The notes beneath the pieces were generated by a model that worked only from the letters and a program-made list of their open reading frames with translations, was not told the origin of the DNA and searched no databases. A stretch of 64,000 nucleotides of DNA from NCBI RefSeq assembly GCF_030144855.1, contig NC_082735.1, positions 22,320,001 through 22,384,000 of the forward strand, in the 5' to 3' direction. Within the stretch, counting starts at the first letter, position 1. Each line of letters starts with the position of its first letter. This document shows, in pieces, positions 33,901 through 48,293 of the stretch. The translations under genes were made by a program, and so were the position numbers. Source of the stretch: Hypanus sabinus (Eukaryota).

Positions 33901-36159
33901 TCGCAAATAAAGAAGTTGTGGATATTGAATACCCGTGCAATTTGGGTAAATGAAAGCAGCGAGCCAGTAGCCTCTTCAGTTGAGTGCTGATGAATGAGAG
34001 GGTCTGAGCTGATGCTGAGCAAGAGGTTTAGTTTTTGCATCGGTGCTTTGGCGCGGTTCAACCAGGAATAGGTTGCAACAGTGACCTTTGCACATGTCTG
34101 TCAGCTGGATGAACTGCTGGAACCAAAATGATTAGCACAATATCGGGCGCTGGGAGACAGGTGCGATGACAGGCCAATTAACCCTTCACAACACCAGGAA
34201 TCAGTGGAACTTCGTCCTGTAGTAATACCTGATGTTTGCAAACACCAGCACCACATGTAACTTCATCCATGGACTATGGACCATTATTTATGTCTCTGGA
34301 CTATTATTCATCACTAAGGACTCACCTCAGTTCTGAATGCTGTCGCTTGCTTTTATTGTGAGCACAATTTGTGTTTTTTTCCCCCTCTCTGTGCATCGGG
34401 TGTTTGTTGGTCTTTTTTTCTAGGCTTCTTGTTTTGTGGCTGCCTGTAAGGAGACAAATCTCAATGTTGTATAATGTATACGTGATCATAAATGGACTTT
34501 GAGTTTTAAACTTTGAACTTTGATGCAGCCACATGCCAAGTGGACCATCAGGGTGATGGCTACATTGAGTAAATTTCCATCCTTCCTCTCCCCCCCACCC
34601 CAATTGTTTAGACAATTGTCCATCTTGTTACTATGGGCACAATCCACTTTGGAAGAAGTTGGGGAGCTCAAGTGTCAGTCATTGTGTAGTAACAGTTAAT
34701 GGGCTTCACCTAAACAGGGTATGGCAACACCAAAAGCTCCTAATACTTAAGAGCTAGTCCTGTCTCTGATTCATAAATAGTCTCTGCCAGAATTAGTTTC
34801 TGAAACACAAACTCCAGGCATGCTGTGTGGCATCACAGAATCAGTTGAGCATCTAAGGGCTCTGGTATGGGAATGTGGAGGGGCACCTCTATTCCACCAG
34901 CTGTTCCCGCATTTACTATTTCTGCTTTGAATGGGCTGTACACTCTGGCTGGTCCTTGCTGCGTGCCCTGACTCCGCTGAACTAGAATCCCAGCACGAGG
35001 GTCAGAGAAGTTACTAAGGAGCATGGCCTCACTTTTTCTGCGTTTGACTCCAGCCTCAGAGGCCACTCAAACTGGAAGCAGATGTTTGCATTTGCAGACT
35101 ACAGTAAGTCCAAGAAGAAGCCAGCAGTATTGTTACGAACATGATGGCTCTGGTCATGGGTGCCCCATTTGTCCGGTATCAACACCATTCTTATGACAAA
35201 GTTGCTCTTAAATCCCTACATGGCTTCCAATGGCAACTTCCTGGAATCCTGGGAAACTTGTAGGGGCAAAGTTGTTCTGCAGAACCCAAATTAATACCAT
35301 TCTAACTGATGAAATTGAAAACTCTGTGCATTCCTGTGATAATTACTTTTTCTCGTTGTTCATGTGGCATCATCGTCTGGCAGATTTATATCACCGGTGT
35401 CTGGAGATATATATGTAAATTAGGCCATTGTGCAAAAAACTTACTTGTAAGTCCCTTCATGCAAGGAGCTAAAAGAGAATAATTGGCTATGGAAGGAGAA
35501 AGACTCTGCATTTCTTATCAGAATCTCTCAGTTGTCTATCATGATTAGTCTGGTCAATATCGTGACTCATGGTATCCACAATCCAGCCACCACCTGCAGC
35601 TTTAAGCATCACATTACAAACAGTACAGGCTTCTCTCAAGCTCCTTGAGTAACTAATATTTCACTGCCTGTCATGCTCGACAGCATCTTTCAAGAGCTTA
35701 GTGAATGCTTTTTTTTTACAGATATTGAAGCAGTACTTCCAGAGAAAGCCTTTCAATTGTTGCCTCAGCAGAGATGCCCAAAAACCTTTTGACACATTTT
35801 TGTAATGAAGATAAAGTGAGTTTCTACTGAAGTGCTAGATTACATTGCGATGTAATACATGTAGAAATATGAATATATTATAATCCTCAAGCAAAAGCTT
35901 GCAAGACTATATCCAGATTAATATGTGTTTGATTTGAGATGAATGAAGATGGACATTGGGTTTGCTTTGATTACGTGCATATGGGCTTACACACACACTT
36001 ACACACTAGCACATGAAGAAAATTTTTAATCACAGCAGTATAGAATCAGTCTTTCTTCAGTGCCCATTTCTATCATTCCTATTCAAAACATAGCATTAGT
36101 AAAACATAGTAAACACCTCTTAGTGTCGACAAATGAGACTGAAACTACCAAAGGATGCA

Positions 36160-37000
36160 CATTGCAGCACATAGTCACCGTGCTGTTCCTTCAGTTGGTA
36201 CCTCAGCGGTGACACCACTGACAGCTCTCCCATATTGGGGACTTCGGGACAGGAATGGCCAGAAGCCTAGAGTAGGCCATGGATCACAGGGCAGAAGGCT
36301 GCGCAGACTCTTTGCACAGAAGGTCGTCAGAGTCACCAATTGTACTTGGGCTTCACATATGGGCAGTGTCTTCGCTGCCTCAGCTTTTTCAAGTCTGTGG
36401 TAAGACAACTTTGCAGTCTGCAGGACAACAATCATTGGTGCTCTTGAAACTTCACTGCTCTGTGGAGGTGACTCTTCCTGGCAGCTTTCATCGATGTGCT
36501 GTTTTCTTTATTTGCTATGTTCGCTTCAGTATTGGAGAGGTTACCCTATCTGTAACATAGGGGATTAAGTTCATTGACTTTGATTTCAGTGACGATCAGG
36601 ACTGCACTGGACTTTCGTTACCTGTGAGTGAGGCAGACATGGACTGTACTCATCTGTGCTTCTTTCAGTCACCCGATTCCCTTCACCGATAGGAAGAGTC
36701 TTCCCTCAAAAAATATCCAAGCCATTAAAGATTATGAGGAGACTTTTATGATGTTTCCTGTGTTTCCTGGCAGTTCCTGTGAGGATGTCTCCTCTGCCTG
36801 ACAGCCTCAGCAGCCAGCACTGCCCTTGAGGGATGGATCGTGGAGGGCAAGAACTACTCTGCCTCTGATTCCTGCCCACACTCCAACCACATCGTCTGAC
36901 TGTCAGCCGTGTAAGCAAAAGGACATCTTCTTCACAAACAACTCTGTCCTCTAGCTGAGGAGTGAACTTTGTATAAAGGTGCTTCTCCTGAACACCCTGT
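36160..37000 (+). mobile_element. Very old Tx1/L1-type ORF2 C-terminal remnants
   Basis: Decayed peptides HRAVPS...ALPYWGLRD...RRLRRLF, CAVFFICYVRFSIGE and AVPVRM...HCP*GMDRGGQE resemble Tx1 zinc-finger regions. Confidence 0.4.
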
Positions 37001-37859
37001 GTTAGAATTATCCACACGGGAGAGGAAGTGACTCAATTTATTAGCTCCACCACCACAGCACACCAACAAGCAGAGCTCAAACTTCTCCTCAAGTTCGGCT
37101 TTACCCTTACGACGTAACACTTCACTGTTCCATTTGCTTCAGTGTCTTTGTGCTGCATCTCTGTATTTCCTGATGAATAGCATATTGCTTACAACATTCA
37201 GATCTCAGCACAAGATACGCCTTTCCCAGTGTAATCCCACTTTGCATATGCTTAAGTATGAAGCCCTCTGAGTTGAGGGACTTTATGCTTTAGATTTCTG
37301 ATCGCCGTCTGTGGTGGATACACACTACTGCGGCTGATATTACTGAGAGTGAACCGCAACAAATAAATTGTTTGGTTTTATGTGCAGAAGGAAGATAAAC
37401 GTATTGAGTGCCTCTCAATGGCGGTGAATTACTGAATGGCAGTGCAGGCTCGAAGGGCCGAACGGCCTACTCCTGCACCTATTTTGTTTGTTTCTCTGTT
37501 TCTCTGTCTAAATGAAATCCACATTTATTCAGCAATGAGAAATCTGTCATGGAACTGCAAGAGGGTTTTCATCCATTGAACCAATTGACCATTTCAAAAT
37601 ACAGTGAGGAAGAACTGATGAAGTCCCTGTGGTAAAACCGCCAAGATTCAGCCTGTTCACAACAATTAGATGTGATCTCTGTACTGTTATACCGTTCTGC
37701 TGAAGCACTCACTTCAGGGTAATGCTCTCTCAGTTGTTCCTGTCACTTTTAATCCTGCATGTTCAGGAAGGCTCCAAGAAAATGGACAGCAGATGGTTTA
37801 TCTCACCATGTAACCTTGCTTGTGCCTTTCTCCCTGTGATGGAGATCCTCCCTCAGGAG

Positions 37860-39060
37860 TCGAGCAGAATTCGGCCATTTGGCACATTCAGTCATGGCTG
37901 ATATATTTTCTTTTTCAACTTCATTATCCTGCCTTCTCCCCACAACCTTTGACACCCTTACTAATCAAACTTGGCCTCCACAACTGTCTGTGGGAATGAC
38001 TTCCACAGATTTACCATCCTCTGGCTAAAGAAGTTCATTCTACATTCTGCTCAACAGGGACATCCTTTCATTCCGAGGCTGTGCTGTCTGGTCCTAGTTT
38101 CTCCCACTATTGGAAACATTCTCTCTCGGTCCATTCTATTTAGGCCTTTCTATATAGTGATATGCCACTGCTCAAGCAGAAGAAGGTGAATCAAAGTGTT
38201 CCTGTGCTTGAATAGGAGAATAATCTCCCCATAAATTGCACAGAGACAGAGTAAAAAGTATCAGAGTAGGAGTCAGCCATTTGGCCCTTGAGTCTGCACT
38301 GCCATTCAGCATCATCATTATTCATTCTCTTCCTCAATACCTTACTCCCACTTCTTCCTTTTACTCTTTAATACTTCTGGTGTCTAGAAATCTCATGGAG
38401 TCATAGAACACTACAGCGTAGAAACACACACTTCAGCCCATCTAGTTTATCCGGAACCATCATTCTGCCTCATCCCATCGACCTGCAATGAGACCATAGC
38501 CCTCCATCGGTGTGCCGACCAAAGTTTCTTTTAAATGTTGGAAATCGACCCCACTTCCACCACTTGAGCTGGCAGCTCATTCCATGACTTGGTCGATTAG
38601 AAACCTACCAACCTCCATGAATATATTCATTGTTTCTGCTTCCACAGCATGCTGTGGCCGTGAATTCCACAGACTCACCACTCTCTGAGTGGAAGAATTT
38701 CTCTTCAACTGAAGTCCTGGATGTCTTGTTCTCCTTCCTGGGACTATAGTCCATGATTCTGGATATCCCAGCTGGTGAAACATCTTCCCTACAACCAGTC
38801 TGTCAAATCCTATATAAATGTTGTACATTTCCTTTCATTCTTCTAAATTATAGTGAATACAGGCTTGATTGATTGAACGTCTTCCCATATGACTATTTTG
38901 CTACCTCATGAATCAGTCTGATGAAGTTCTGTTGCATTGTCTCAATGACAAGTATATCCTTTCTCAGATAAGGAGGCAAAAATTGCACAGACTCAGTACC
39001 TCTTGCAACGAGGACAACATATAATTTGTATTCTTAACTGCTTTTTCTTTTCAGTGATTG
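37860..39060 (-). mobile_element. Cluster of nested CR1 3' fragments
   Basis: Repeated TTCCACAGA(T/C)T(T/C)ACCA motifs at ~38000 and ~38670, and CATAGAACACTACAGC-type tails. Confidence 0.75.
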
Positions 39061-39647
39061 TTGTACGCAGATTCCTTAGTGTATCATTATTTTCAATCTT
39101 TTGCCATTTAAATAACACTCTGACTTCCTTTTTTCTTAGCAAGGTGTGTGAATTCACGTTTATTCATGTTAGACCGCTTCTGCTATGTACTTATTTACTC
39201 ATTTAGTTTATGCAGAAGCCTGTCTGCATCCTTCTACTGTCTCCCAATCCAAACGATTTCGTTTACAGAAATTATTGACCTATAATTCTGAATAGCTGGG
39301 GACTGAACACTGTTTCCTGTAGAACAGAACGGGTTGCTGATTGACACCTAGAAAAGGCACATTATTCCTACTCTGTTTCCTAGCTGTCAACCTAGCTTCA
39401 ATCTATTTGTGTAATACCGCCAGCTTCACATATTCTAGTTATGGTCACTCACATATATGGGATTTTATCAAAAGCCTTCTGAAACTCTAAATACACCACA
39501 TCTACTAGTTTCCCCGGTTCAGTCCTCAAAATGACTCCAGTAGCTTTCTCATAAGTTGGTAAGTAAGTTTGAAGGTCACTATTAGGTAGGGAGAACAAAA
39601 CTGCAAAATACTCCCAGTGGGGTCTCACCAAGACTGTGTATACTTGT

Positions 39648-40070
39648 AGTAAGGAAAGATTGGAGCAACTGGGCTTGTATACACTGGAATTTAGAAGGAT
39701 GAGAGGGGATCTGATTGAAACATATAAGATTATTAAGGGATTGGACATGCTAGAGGCAGGAAACATGTTCCCGATGTTGGGGGAGTCCAGAACCAGAGGC
39801 CACAGTTTAAGAATAAGGGGTAGGCCATTTAGAATGAAGTTGAGCAGAAACTTTTTCACCCAGAGAGCTGTGGATCTATGGAATGCTCTGCCTCAGAAGG
39901 CAGTGGAGGCAAATTCTCTGGATGCTTTTAAGAAAGAGTTAGATAGAGCTCTTAAAGATAGCGGATTCAAGAGATATGGGGAGAAGGCAGGAACGGGGTA
40001 CTGATTGTGGATGATCAGCCGTGATCACATTGAATGGTGGTGGTGGCCTACTCCTGGACCTATTGTCTAC
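39648..40070 (+). mobile_element. Young CR1 LINE 3' end nested in an older opposite-strand CR1
   Basis: Open frame ERLEQLGLYTLEFRRMRGDLIETYKII...RTRGHSLRI...FFTQRAVDLWNALP. The older minus-strand CR1 resumes on both sides. Confidence 0.92.
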
Positions 40071-40939
40071 TGTCTTAAGGCTTCTTTACTCTTACACCAG
40101 AACCTCTGATGGAAATGTTCAATATACCACTTGCTGCCTTAACTCCTTGTTGAGTCCACTCTTTGGTTTCAAGACTGCAGTACCACGATTCTTCTGTATA
40201 TCAGCATTTTCTGGTCTTTTACTGCATATATAATACACTGCCTTTCTGTATTTTTTTGACCAAACGGATAACATATTCAATATTTGAGGCCCTCTGCCGG
40301 ACAGGATTGACCTTGGATATTGCATCCTGCCTGTCCTCGTGATATGCAAACCAGTATGCAAGATAGGACGGTATGATATGGAGAGCAAGCATGTTGCCCA
40401 TGCAGCAGGCTCCCACTCTCCTTGCAACTGATGAATTCTAAGGCATGGCAGAGACTGATATATTATAAGTTCCTGGGGGAATATCAGTTTTCAGCCCCAT
40501 TCATTTTGTTTAATGTGGACATCAGCTGCATCTCATTGTTCCGAAAGATCTTTAAGTTGCTCCAATGTAGCAGAGGTCAGATTTCCAGAGGGATCATGAT
40601 GAGATTGCATGGAGCCAGATGGACTTAGTGTGGTGTGCCCCCAAAGTGGAGATGCTATTTTCAAGATTCCATACAACCCACTGTGGGACCTTGAAGATGA
40701 CCCCCTCTGTATTCTTTAATTTTTTTTATATTTTGCCAGGCTAGCCTGCTGAGCATTTGCATTAACCTTGTCCTGTAAACATCTTGGTCACAGGCACCAT
40801 CTGAGACCTCTGTGGTAGTATGAATGTATGGACCCAATCAACTCTGCAAATACGTGCACCAGGTACCTGATGCCAGACTGCAGGCCAACAAGTGCCACAA
40901 GTCTCTACTTTTCAGTTGTGAGTCTCTGAAGTTGGGTGC

Positions 40940-41280
40940 TGGGGTGGAGATACACCTCTACCAAAGGAGGTGTAAGGCACTCTGCTCCTCTGCAAGCCTG
41001 CAGGTCACCCTTGGGCAAGGTGCAGCACCTGCTTAGATCCCCCCCACCCCCAATAACTTGAAGCCCTGGGAGCAGCTGGTGCATATCAAAAGACCTGGTT
41101 GTGCGGCCAATGGCGCCAGGAAGACAGCCTCTGAAGAATATTGATAATGGCTGGGTCACGCATCTTGTAAAGACACTGCCAAGGCAATGACAAACCTCTT
41201 CTGTGGAAAAATTTGCCAAGGACAATTATGGTTCTGGAGACTATGATTGCACATGTCATATGACACAGGACATAATGGCA
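40940..41280 (+). mobile_element. Non-autonomous retroposon with an RTE-like 3' tail (copy 3)
   Basis: Aligns with the other two copies. Confidence 0.8.
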
Positions 41281-41769
41281 ATGAGTCCCTGTACTCTACA
41301 TTGTTAATAGCATCCACCTCATCCTCCTCCTCTCCCTCCACTCCAAACTGCTGCTCTTCCATCTGCTCCATCTCCTTCTTATGCTCGTTGCTATGCTGTT
41401 TTTGTCTGATTGGGAGCTGTCTTCCTCTTCCCGACACCCTCCTTCCTGTCCATAGCAGCCATCCAATGTGCCACTGCTGGGTTGTGGTGGGTGCCTCCAA
41501 GGACTAACGTCCTACTTTAATTGCTGCAGTGTTGGCAGCTGAGCTGAACTGAGTGTGACTCCAGTGAAAACTCAGCTGGTCACCTTTTAGTGGTTCTGGT
41601 AGTAAAATACTTGCTTTTGACCAATGTATTAAGAGGTAAATCAGTTTCAGATCTATTCAGATATAGTTTTCACATGTACATCAAAATATACAGTGAAAGG
41701 CATAATTTGTTTCAGCAACAAACCAGCACATGTAAGGATATACTGAGGGCAGCCCCACAGGTTTTGTAT

Positions 41770-42275
41770 GGGCCCCCAAATCATAAGAACTTTCTTTCGG
41801 AGCACAGTTGAGAGCATCCTGACTGGCTGCATCACTGCCTGGTATGGGAACTGTACTTCCCTCAATCGCATGACTCTGCAGAGAGTGGTGCGGACAGCCC
41901 GGTGCATCGGTAAATGTGAACTTCCCACTATTCAGGACACTTACATGGACAGGTGTGAAAAGGGCCTGAAGGATCATTGGAGACCCAAGTTACCCCAACC
42001 ACAAACTGTTCCAGCTGCTACCATCCAGGAAATGGTACCACAGCATAAAAGCCAGGACCAACAGGCTCCGGGACAACTTCTTCCACCAGGCCATCAGACT
42101 GATTAATTCACACTGATACAATTGTATTTCTATGCTGTATTAACTGTCCTGTTGCACAAACTATTTATTATAAATTACTACAAATTGCACATTGTACATT
42201 TAGATGGAGACATAACGTCAAGATTTTTATTCCTCACATATATGAAGGATGTAAGTAAAAAGTCAATTCAATTAA
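41770..42275 (+). mobile_element. Rex1/Babar-type LINE 3' end
   Basis: RTFFRSTVESILTGCITAWYGNC...LQRVVRTA, followed by a 3' UTR ending in (CAATT)n. Confidence 0.88.
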
Positions 42276-45084
42276 TTTCAAGTGTCACCACACATGCTGG
42301 CACCAATCTACATTCTGGTTCCTGATATGGTATGTCAAAAAATTAGATGACATCCAATTTCCAGACAGCAGACTGTAATCATTAAAGTTCTTATGTTCTT
42401 GACTGACGTTTGACCAACGTCTGAGTCTGAGGAGGTGGTGAATTTACACAGGGGAAGGTGCAGTGATGTATTTTTGCTTGAATGAGCTTTGCATTGAACA
42501 GAAATGGCAAATACAGCATAATTTTTAATACAGTCCCCCTTGTGTCTTGGATTGTGTTCTACACCCAAGAATCAGGGGATGAGCTAGGGTGAGGGGGTGG
42601 AGCAGATGGAGGGCAATAGGTTCAATTCTAAAATTAAAAAACACAATAAACACAAGCACACGGTTCTTCCTTAATATTCCTCATGTGCATCTATACCCCG
42701 CTGATTTAAATTCTGTAAATGCCTGGGTGAGGGATATATAAAGAGTTTGGGGGCATTCTGCACTCTGTTTCAAGCTTTGTGTGAAACCTGCAGAATGCAC
42801 AAGTCTCACCTGATGTGGAAGATCTATGCTATATCCTGTTTTTTTCCCTGATGTTGTCACTCTTACAGAGATCAGGTCAGGGTGCCAGAAGATGTGTGTC
42901 AGCAAGGTAATTGGAAATGTACACTGAAAAATGAACAGTAAAGTTAATGTATTCATGGCTGAAAATTAATTTCTTGTCAGAGATAAGAAGAACCAGAAAA
43001 ACAGGACAAGTGTTGATCTAACACCTCTATCGATTGCTTCAAGCAGAGTACAATCCATTGCAATTTAGCTGTGAGAACATTGTAATAATAGTGGCTAATT
43101 AATTATCAGCTGGCTCAGATAATTACAGAGTAGTATGTACTATTTTGTACATGGCCTGTTATTCTTTTTTTACAATTATGGAGATATTTATGACCAATTA
43201 AACTAAACGAACAATATCCTACTTCCTTCATGCAAGCTTCTGTTTCTCTAAATAAATTATTTTGCTTTATTCTTTTAAATTCTATTGCTGAAGGTACTCT
43301 GGCTGATTCTAAAATGGTGATCATTGTATCTTGCTCAGGATGTTCTTATGACACATTTGTTCAATGTTTAAAGTAAATTTTATTATCAGAGTATATATAC
43401 ATCACCACATACAACCCTGAAATTCATATTCCTGTGCGAATACTCAGCAAATCTATAGAACAGTAACTATACCAGAATCAATGAAAGATTAATCAGAGTG
43501 CAGAAGACAACAAACTCTGCAAAATGCAAATATAAAATAATGAGAATATGGAATAACAAGATTAAGAGTCCTTATAGTGAGATCAGATTGTGGGAAAATC
43601 CTAATGGATCAGCAAGTGAGTGTAGTTATCTCCTTTTGTTCAAGAGCCTGATGGTTGAGGGCTAGTAACTGTTCTTGAACCTGGTGTTGCGAGTCCTGAG
43701 GCACTTGTACCTTCTACCTGATGGTAGCGGTGAAGAAAGAGCATGGCCTGGGTGGTGAGGATCTCTGATGATGATGATGATGATGATGCAAAAGGCATGC
43801 CCAAATAAGGCACGTGGTGCATATTTAGCCCATGAAACCCTTGGCTTTGTTTGCTCTATTGGTTACAAAATTCAAGACATGGTCTGTGGTACATTGGGAG
43901 ACTCCTCCTCTTGTGATCTCTGGTCTTTAAGGAGATTACCAAAGAGGTAAAGTGGGGAGAGGATTGTGTAGTGAGGCAGAGTGGTGTGGGAAACAGGAGG
44001 GAGTTGAGATCAGCCGTGAGGTATATCAACTGCAATGAATTGTTGAAGAAGGTGCCCACCTGAAAGAAGATAGATGTTCAGATCCCCAGACAGGCTGAAT
44101 TAGGGCAGAGACTTTCACCTATCATTAGATGGAGACTCACTCCTGTGATCTGTGCACAGAAGTACTGGCAGCAACTTCTGTACGTGCTCTTCAGCTCCAA
44201 ACTGAAATTGGTCCTCCAAATCCAAAGGTATGAGCATCAGAGATCATGAAAGTTAGTAATTAAAAAACTTGTTTCGTGTAATTCTCCCATTTTGCCTCCT
44301 TCAAATTCTATCCCCAAAGCTTTTCACATTGGTGTATTACCTGCTGTGTTGTTGCTACACACATAACACTGAACAGCAGAAGAATAGGCCACTTGTTCCA
44401 CAATGTTGTGCTGAACCCACTAAAATGCAAATCAAAAACACAGAAAAGATACTAATCCCTCCTACCTACACGAATAAAACAAAAGAAGAGCCGAACTCGA
44501 ACTAGCAACCTAAGGGTGACAACCTTTCTTCTACAGTTTTCAGCTTTACCAACTGAGCTACTGAAGGAAAGGCCCTTGTCCTGAAGATTTCCTTCCACTG
44601 TACTTGGTAGAGCACATAACAGTGCCCATTTTCTCTTTTGCATCCAATTCTGGGCGGGTTGCTTTCTCCCCTTTTCAGGAGGCAGAAGTTTGACCACCTT
44701 AACAGACCATCTTTTGGTATCATGTCACCTTTTACACAATGTACAGACAGCAGACACATTTTCCACTTCTCATTCCAGAAAGAGTGTTGTGTCTTTGACG
44801 CATTGGCCAAATCCTCAATTGCCATTAATAGCCTCTCCTTCACACATGGCACCTTGTAGATGCAGAAGCTATAACACCCAACCCTTCATCTCCTTCCTTT
44901 CCACTATCAGTTCCTTAACACTCCCACAGGAGAAAAAGTGATAAAATATGAAACCCTGCAACTGGTTGGATGAGCATTTGAAAATCACAAAAGTAGTTAC
45001 CAGTCACAGGTTTTGCACATCTTTATAACCACTGAAAATACCTAGGTCACTCTATGTGCTAGCCATAGGATTCATTAAGAATGG

Positions 45085-45655
45085 AAGACATAGGATCAGA
45101 GTCAAGCTATTCATCACATTGATTCTGCTGCAACATTTCATCATGGCTGACCCATTTCCCTCTCAATTCCATTCTCCTGCCTTCTCCCGGTAACCTTTCA
45201 CACCCTGACTGATCTAAAACCTATCAAACTCTGTCTTGAATATGCCCAATGACCTGGCCTCCACAGGCGCCCGTGGCAAAAAATTCCACAGACTCACAAC
45301 CCTCTGGCTAAAAAATTGCTCCTCAACTCCATTTGAACATCTCTCTGTTCTGAGTCTGTGCCCTCTGGTCCTAGTCTTCCCCGCGACAGGGAACATCCTC
45401 TCCACATCCATTTTACCTAGGCCTTGCAAGATTCAATGAGTTTCAATGAGATCTTCTCACCCCTCCCATTCTTTTAAATTCCAGCAAGTACAGCCCTAGA
45501 GGCATCAAGCACCCCTCATACGGCAACACTTGCATTCAAGGAAACATTCTCTAAACACACTCCAATATCAGCACATCCTTTCTTAGATAAGGGTCCCAGA
45601 ACTGCTCACAATACTCTAAGGGAGACCTTATCAGTGCCTTATAAAGCCTCAGCCT
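45085..45655 (-). mobile_element. CR1 LINE 3' fragment
   Basis: MDVERMFPVAGKTRTRGHRL...FFSQRVVSLWNFLP. Confidence 0.88.
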
Positions 45656-47429
45656 TATAAAAGGCCTAAAGACAAATTTTTTGACTTTGTAGTCCTTACA
45701 GTCATTCCGAGATTTTTCTTAATAATTTATTTTTTTGAATATGCATGATTTAGGACAGTGTGACAAAAGTTCTGGGTCCTCATCTTTCAATTAAGGCATC
45801 TTCTGACCTTTGAACTCATTGTTGAGTAAAAGAATTACAAATCATAACCATTGCTTCCACTACCCTGGACAGCTGGTTCGGTAATTGCCCTGTTTTTGCC
45901 ATTTACAGTACATTGAGACACAATTTTTTACTTCTTGTCTCATTACCATCTATATTTGTTTTTTCAGTTGCCACCATCTTTGACTCTGCCAGAGAGACAT
46001 CCCTTCTTTCTTTCTGCCCTTATGTGTTTTTGTATTTAAACTGCTCCATTTGCCATTTCAATGAAAGGTCTGCGATCGGATATATTAAATTTTCTGTCTG
46101 AATAGATAGTGCCTCAGCTGCTGAAGACGACCTGGCATTTTGTTTTTGATTTATTTCTACATTATTTAAATTGCATTAAATAATAAGTAAACAAACCTAA
46201 CATTTTACCTTGTGCCCATTGGTCTCGTGGCATAGCTTGCTTCCAGCTGTTCTTTTGCAAATCAGGACATTCAGGATATCCCATGTTATGTCCCGTAAGC
46301 TCTACGATATAATTGGAGGCAGGTTGCTAACAGTGAGCAAAATGAATCGAGAAAGTAACTACTTAATACTCACAAAGTTCAAGCAAGGTGGCACTGGTGA
46401 ACCACAGCGACATGTTGCGGGCAGCTTAAAAAACTTCGAAATATACTTCTGAACTACCCTCACTGCAATCAGCAGCCTGTACTTTCCCTTTAAGTAACAT
46501 ACTTCTGAACTGTCTTAATGAATGAGCAATTTCATGATCTTCTGAAGGACTTGGTAGACTTAACTCTCAAGCATGCAGGTATGGCACCTTTAAGTGAATG
46601 AATATACATTGCCATAGCCAGAAGAGAGGGAGGAAAGGAGGACTCTAGGCTAGACTGAAGCACCAAGGTGGAACTCCCTCTACCCATCATCTTGTTCACA
46701 AATATACAGTCAATGGTGAACACTGTTGAGAAACTAAGGGCTTGGAGGAAATTGAGGAATTGCTGCATTCTTTTGTTTCCTGGAGACATGGCTCACCCCA
46801 GACATGACAGATACATTGGTGAGACCAGGGGACTTCTTGATACACAGTACGAGCCGGGCTGCTGATTCAGGGAAGGCAAAAGGTAAAGGTCTGTATTTCA
46901 TGATAAACTCTTTGTGGTGCTCAGACACAGCGGTCTTGTCACACTCATGTTTGCCCCACCTGGAATACCTAATGAATAAAGTTCCGACTATTCTATTTAT
47001 TAAAGGAGCTCTCCTCCGCTTCCTGATGGCTGCAGTGAGAAGGGATCTTCTGATGATGGATGCTGCTTTTCTCCAACAACTTAGATGAGCTCAATGGTGG
47101 GAAGGACTTTACCCATGATGCACTGGGCCATATCCACTACTTTGTGTGGAGTTTTCCATTCAAGGGCATTAGCGTTTTCCATACCAGGCTGTGATGCAGC
47201 CAATCAATATACCCTCCACCACACGTCTACAGAGATCTGTGAAAGTTTTAGATGTCATGCCAAATCATCTCAAACTCCTAAGGAAGTAGAGGCACTGCCG
47301 TGGATATCACTGGAGCAAGGCTCCAGAGATAAGGACAACAAAGAGATGGTTGTGGGAGGCAGAAGAGTGGAAATGGATTGTTTCAATTTGGTGAACTGGA
47401 CCATGTTCAAGGACTGGTCTGGCTGCTGC

Positions 47430-48293
47430 ACAGTATTAGATTTATGGTCCAAAAAAAAATTCTTGCTGATAATCTCTATGCAATCTGTCACTTAGAAGAT
47501 GCTGTAAAAATGTGGAAGAATGTCTTGTCAGATGAGTCTAAATTGGAACTCATTGGCCTCAACACTAGACGGTACATGTGGCATAAATTAGCCATTTAAC
47601 ATCATCCCTACTGTAAAGTATGGTGGAGGTAGCATCGTGCTATGGGGATGTTTTTCAGCAGAAGAGACTGGGAATCTGGTAAGGATTGATGGGAAGATGA
47701 ATGCTGATAAATACAGTGAGGTACTGGATAACCTGCTAGCCTCTGTCAGAAAGCTTAAACTGGGGTGGAAGTTCATTTTTCAGCGGGAGAACGGCCCATT
47801 ACACACTGCCAGAGTGGAGTGGCTTCAAATGAAAAAAAAATTGATGTCCTTAAGTGGCCCAGTCAGAGTTTTGACCTTTATCTAATCAAACTTCTCTGGC
47901 AAGACGTCAATATTGCTGTCCACTGCCGCTCCCCAACTAATCTGGTACGGCTTGAGCAGTCTTGCGAGGAGGAATGGCCAAATCTTGCTCCATCACATTG
48001 TGCAAAGCTAATAGAGATTTATCCAAAAATACTAATGGCTGTAATATCTGCGAGAGGTGGTTCAACTAACTACTGAGCAAAGGGGGATGAAAACTTTTGA
48101 ACTATTAACATTTCGGATTTTGAACTTTTAACTTCTCATGCTGCACAGTTTTCTTTGTTTTTGGGGCTTTTCTGTGGAAGTAAAGGACCAAGGGAATCAC
48201 AAATATAACTCAGTTAAATAGATCAAAATTCCTAGTTATAATACTCATTTATGTGAACAAAGGACTGGCAGCTGAATACATTTCAAGGCACTG
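47430..48293 (+). mobile_element. Tc1/mariner transposon remnant (catalytic domain and right TIR)
   Basis: Motifs [52 protein letters not shown] and ARGGSTNY*. It ends in TGAATACATTTCAAGGCACTG followed by TA. Confidence 0.92.

Noticed and set aside
39580-39660. Apparent 5' inversion (twin priming) of a CR1
   Set aside because: The minus-strand CR1 is older and continues after 40070, so a nested insertion explains it better.
41280-41500. Acidic minus-strand ORF segment (KKEMEQMEEQQ...EEEDE)
   Set aside because: It arises from a low-complexity CT-rich tract and runs into a repeat, with no domain support.
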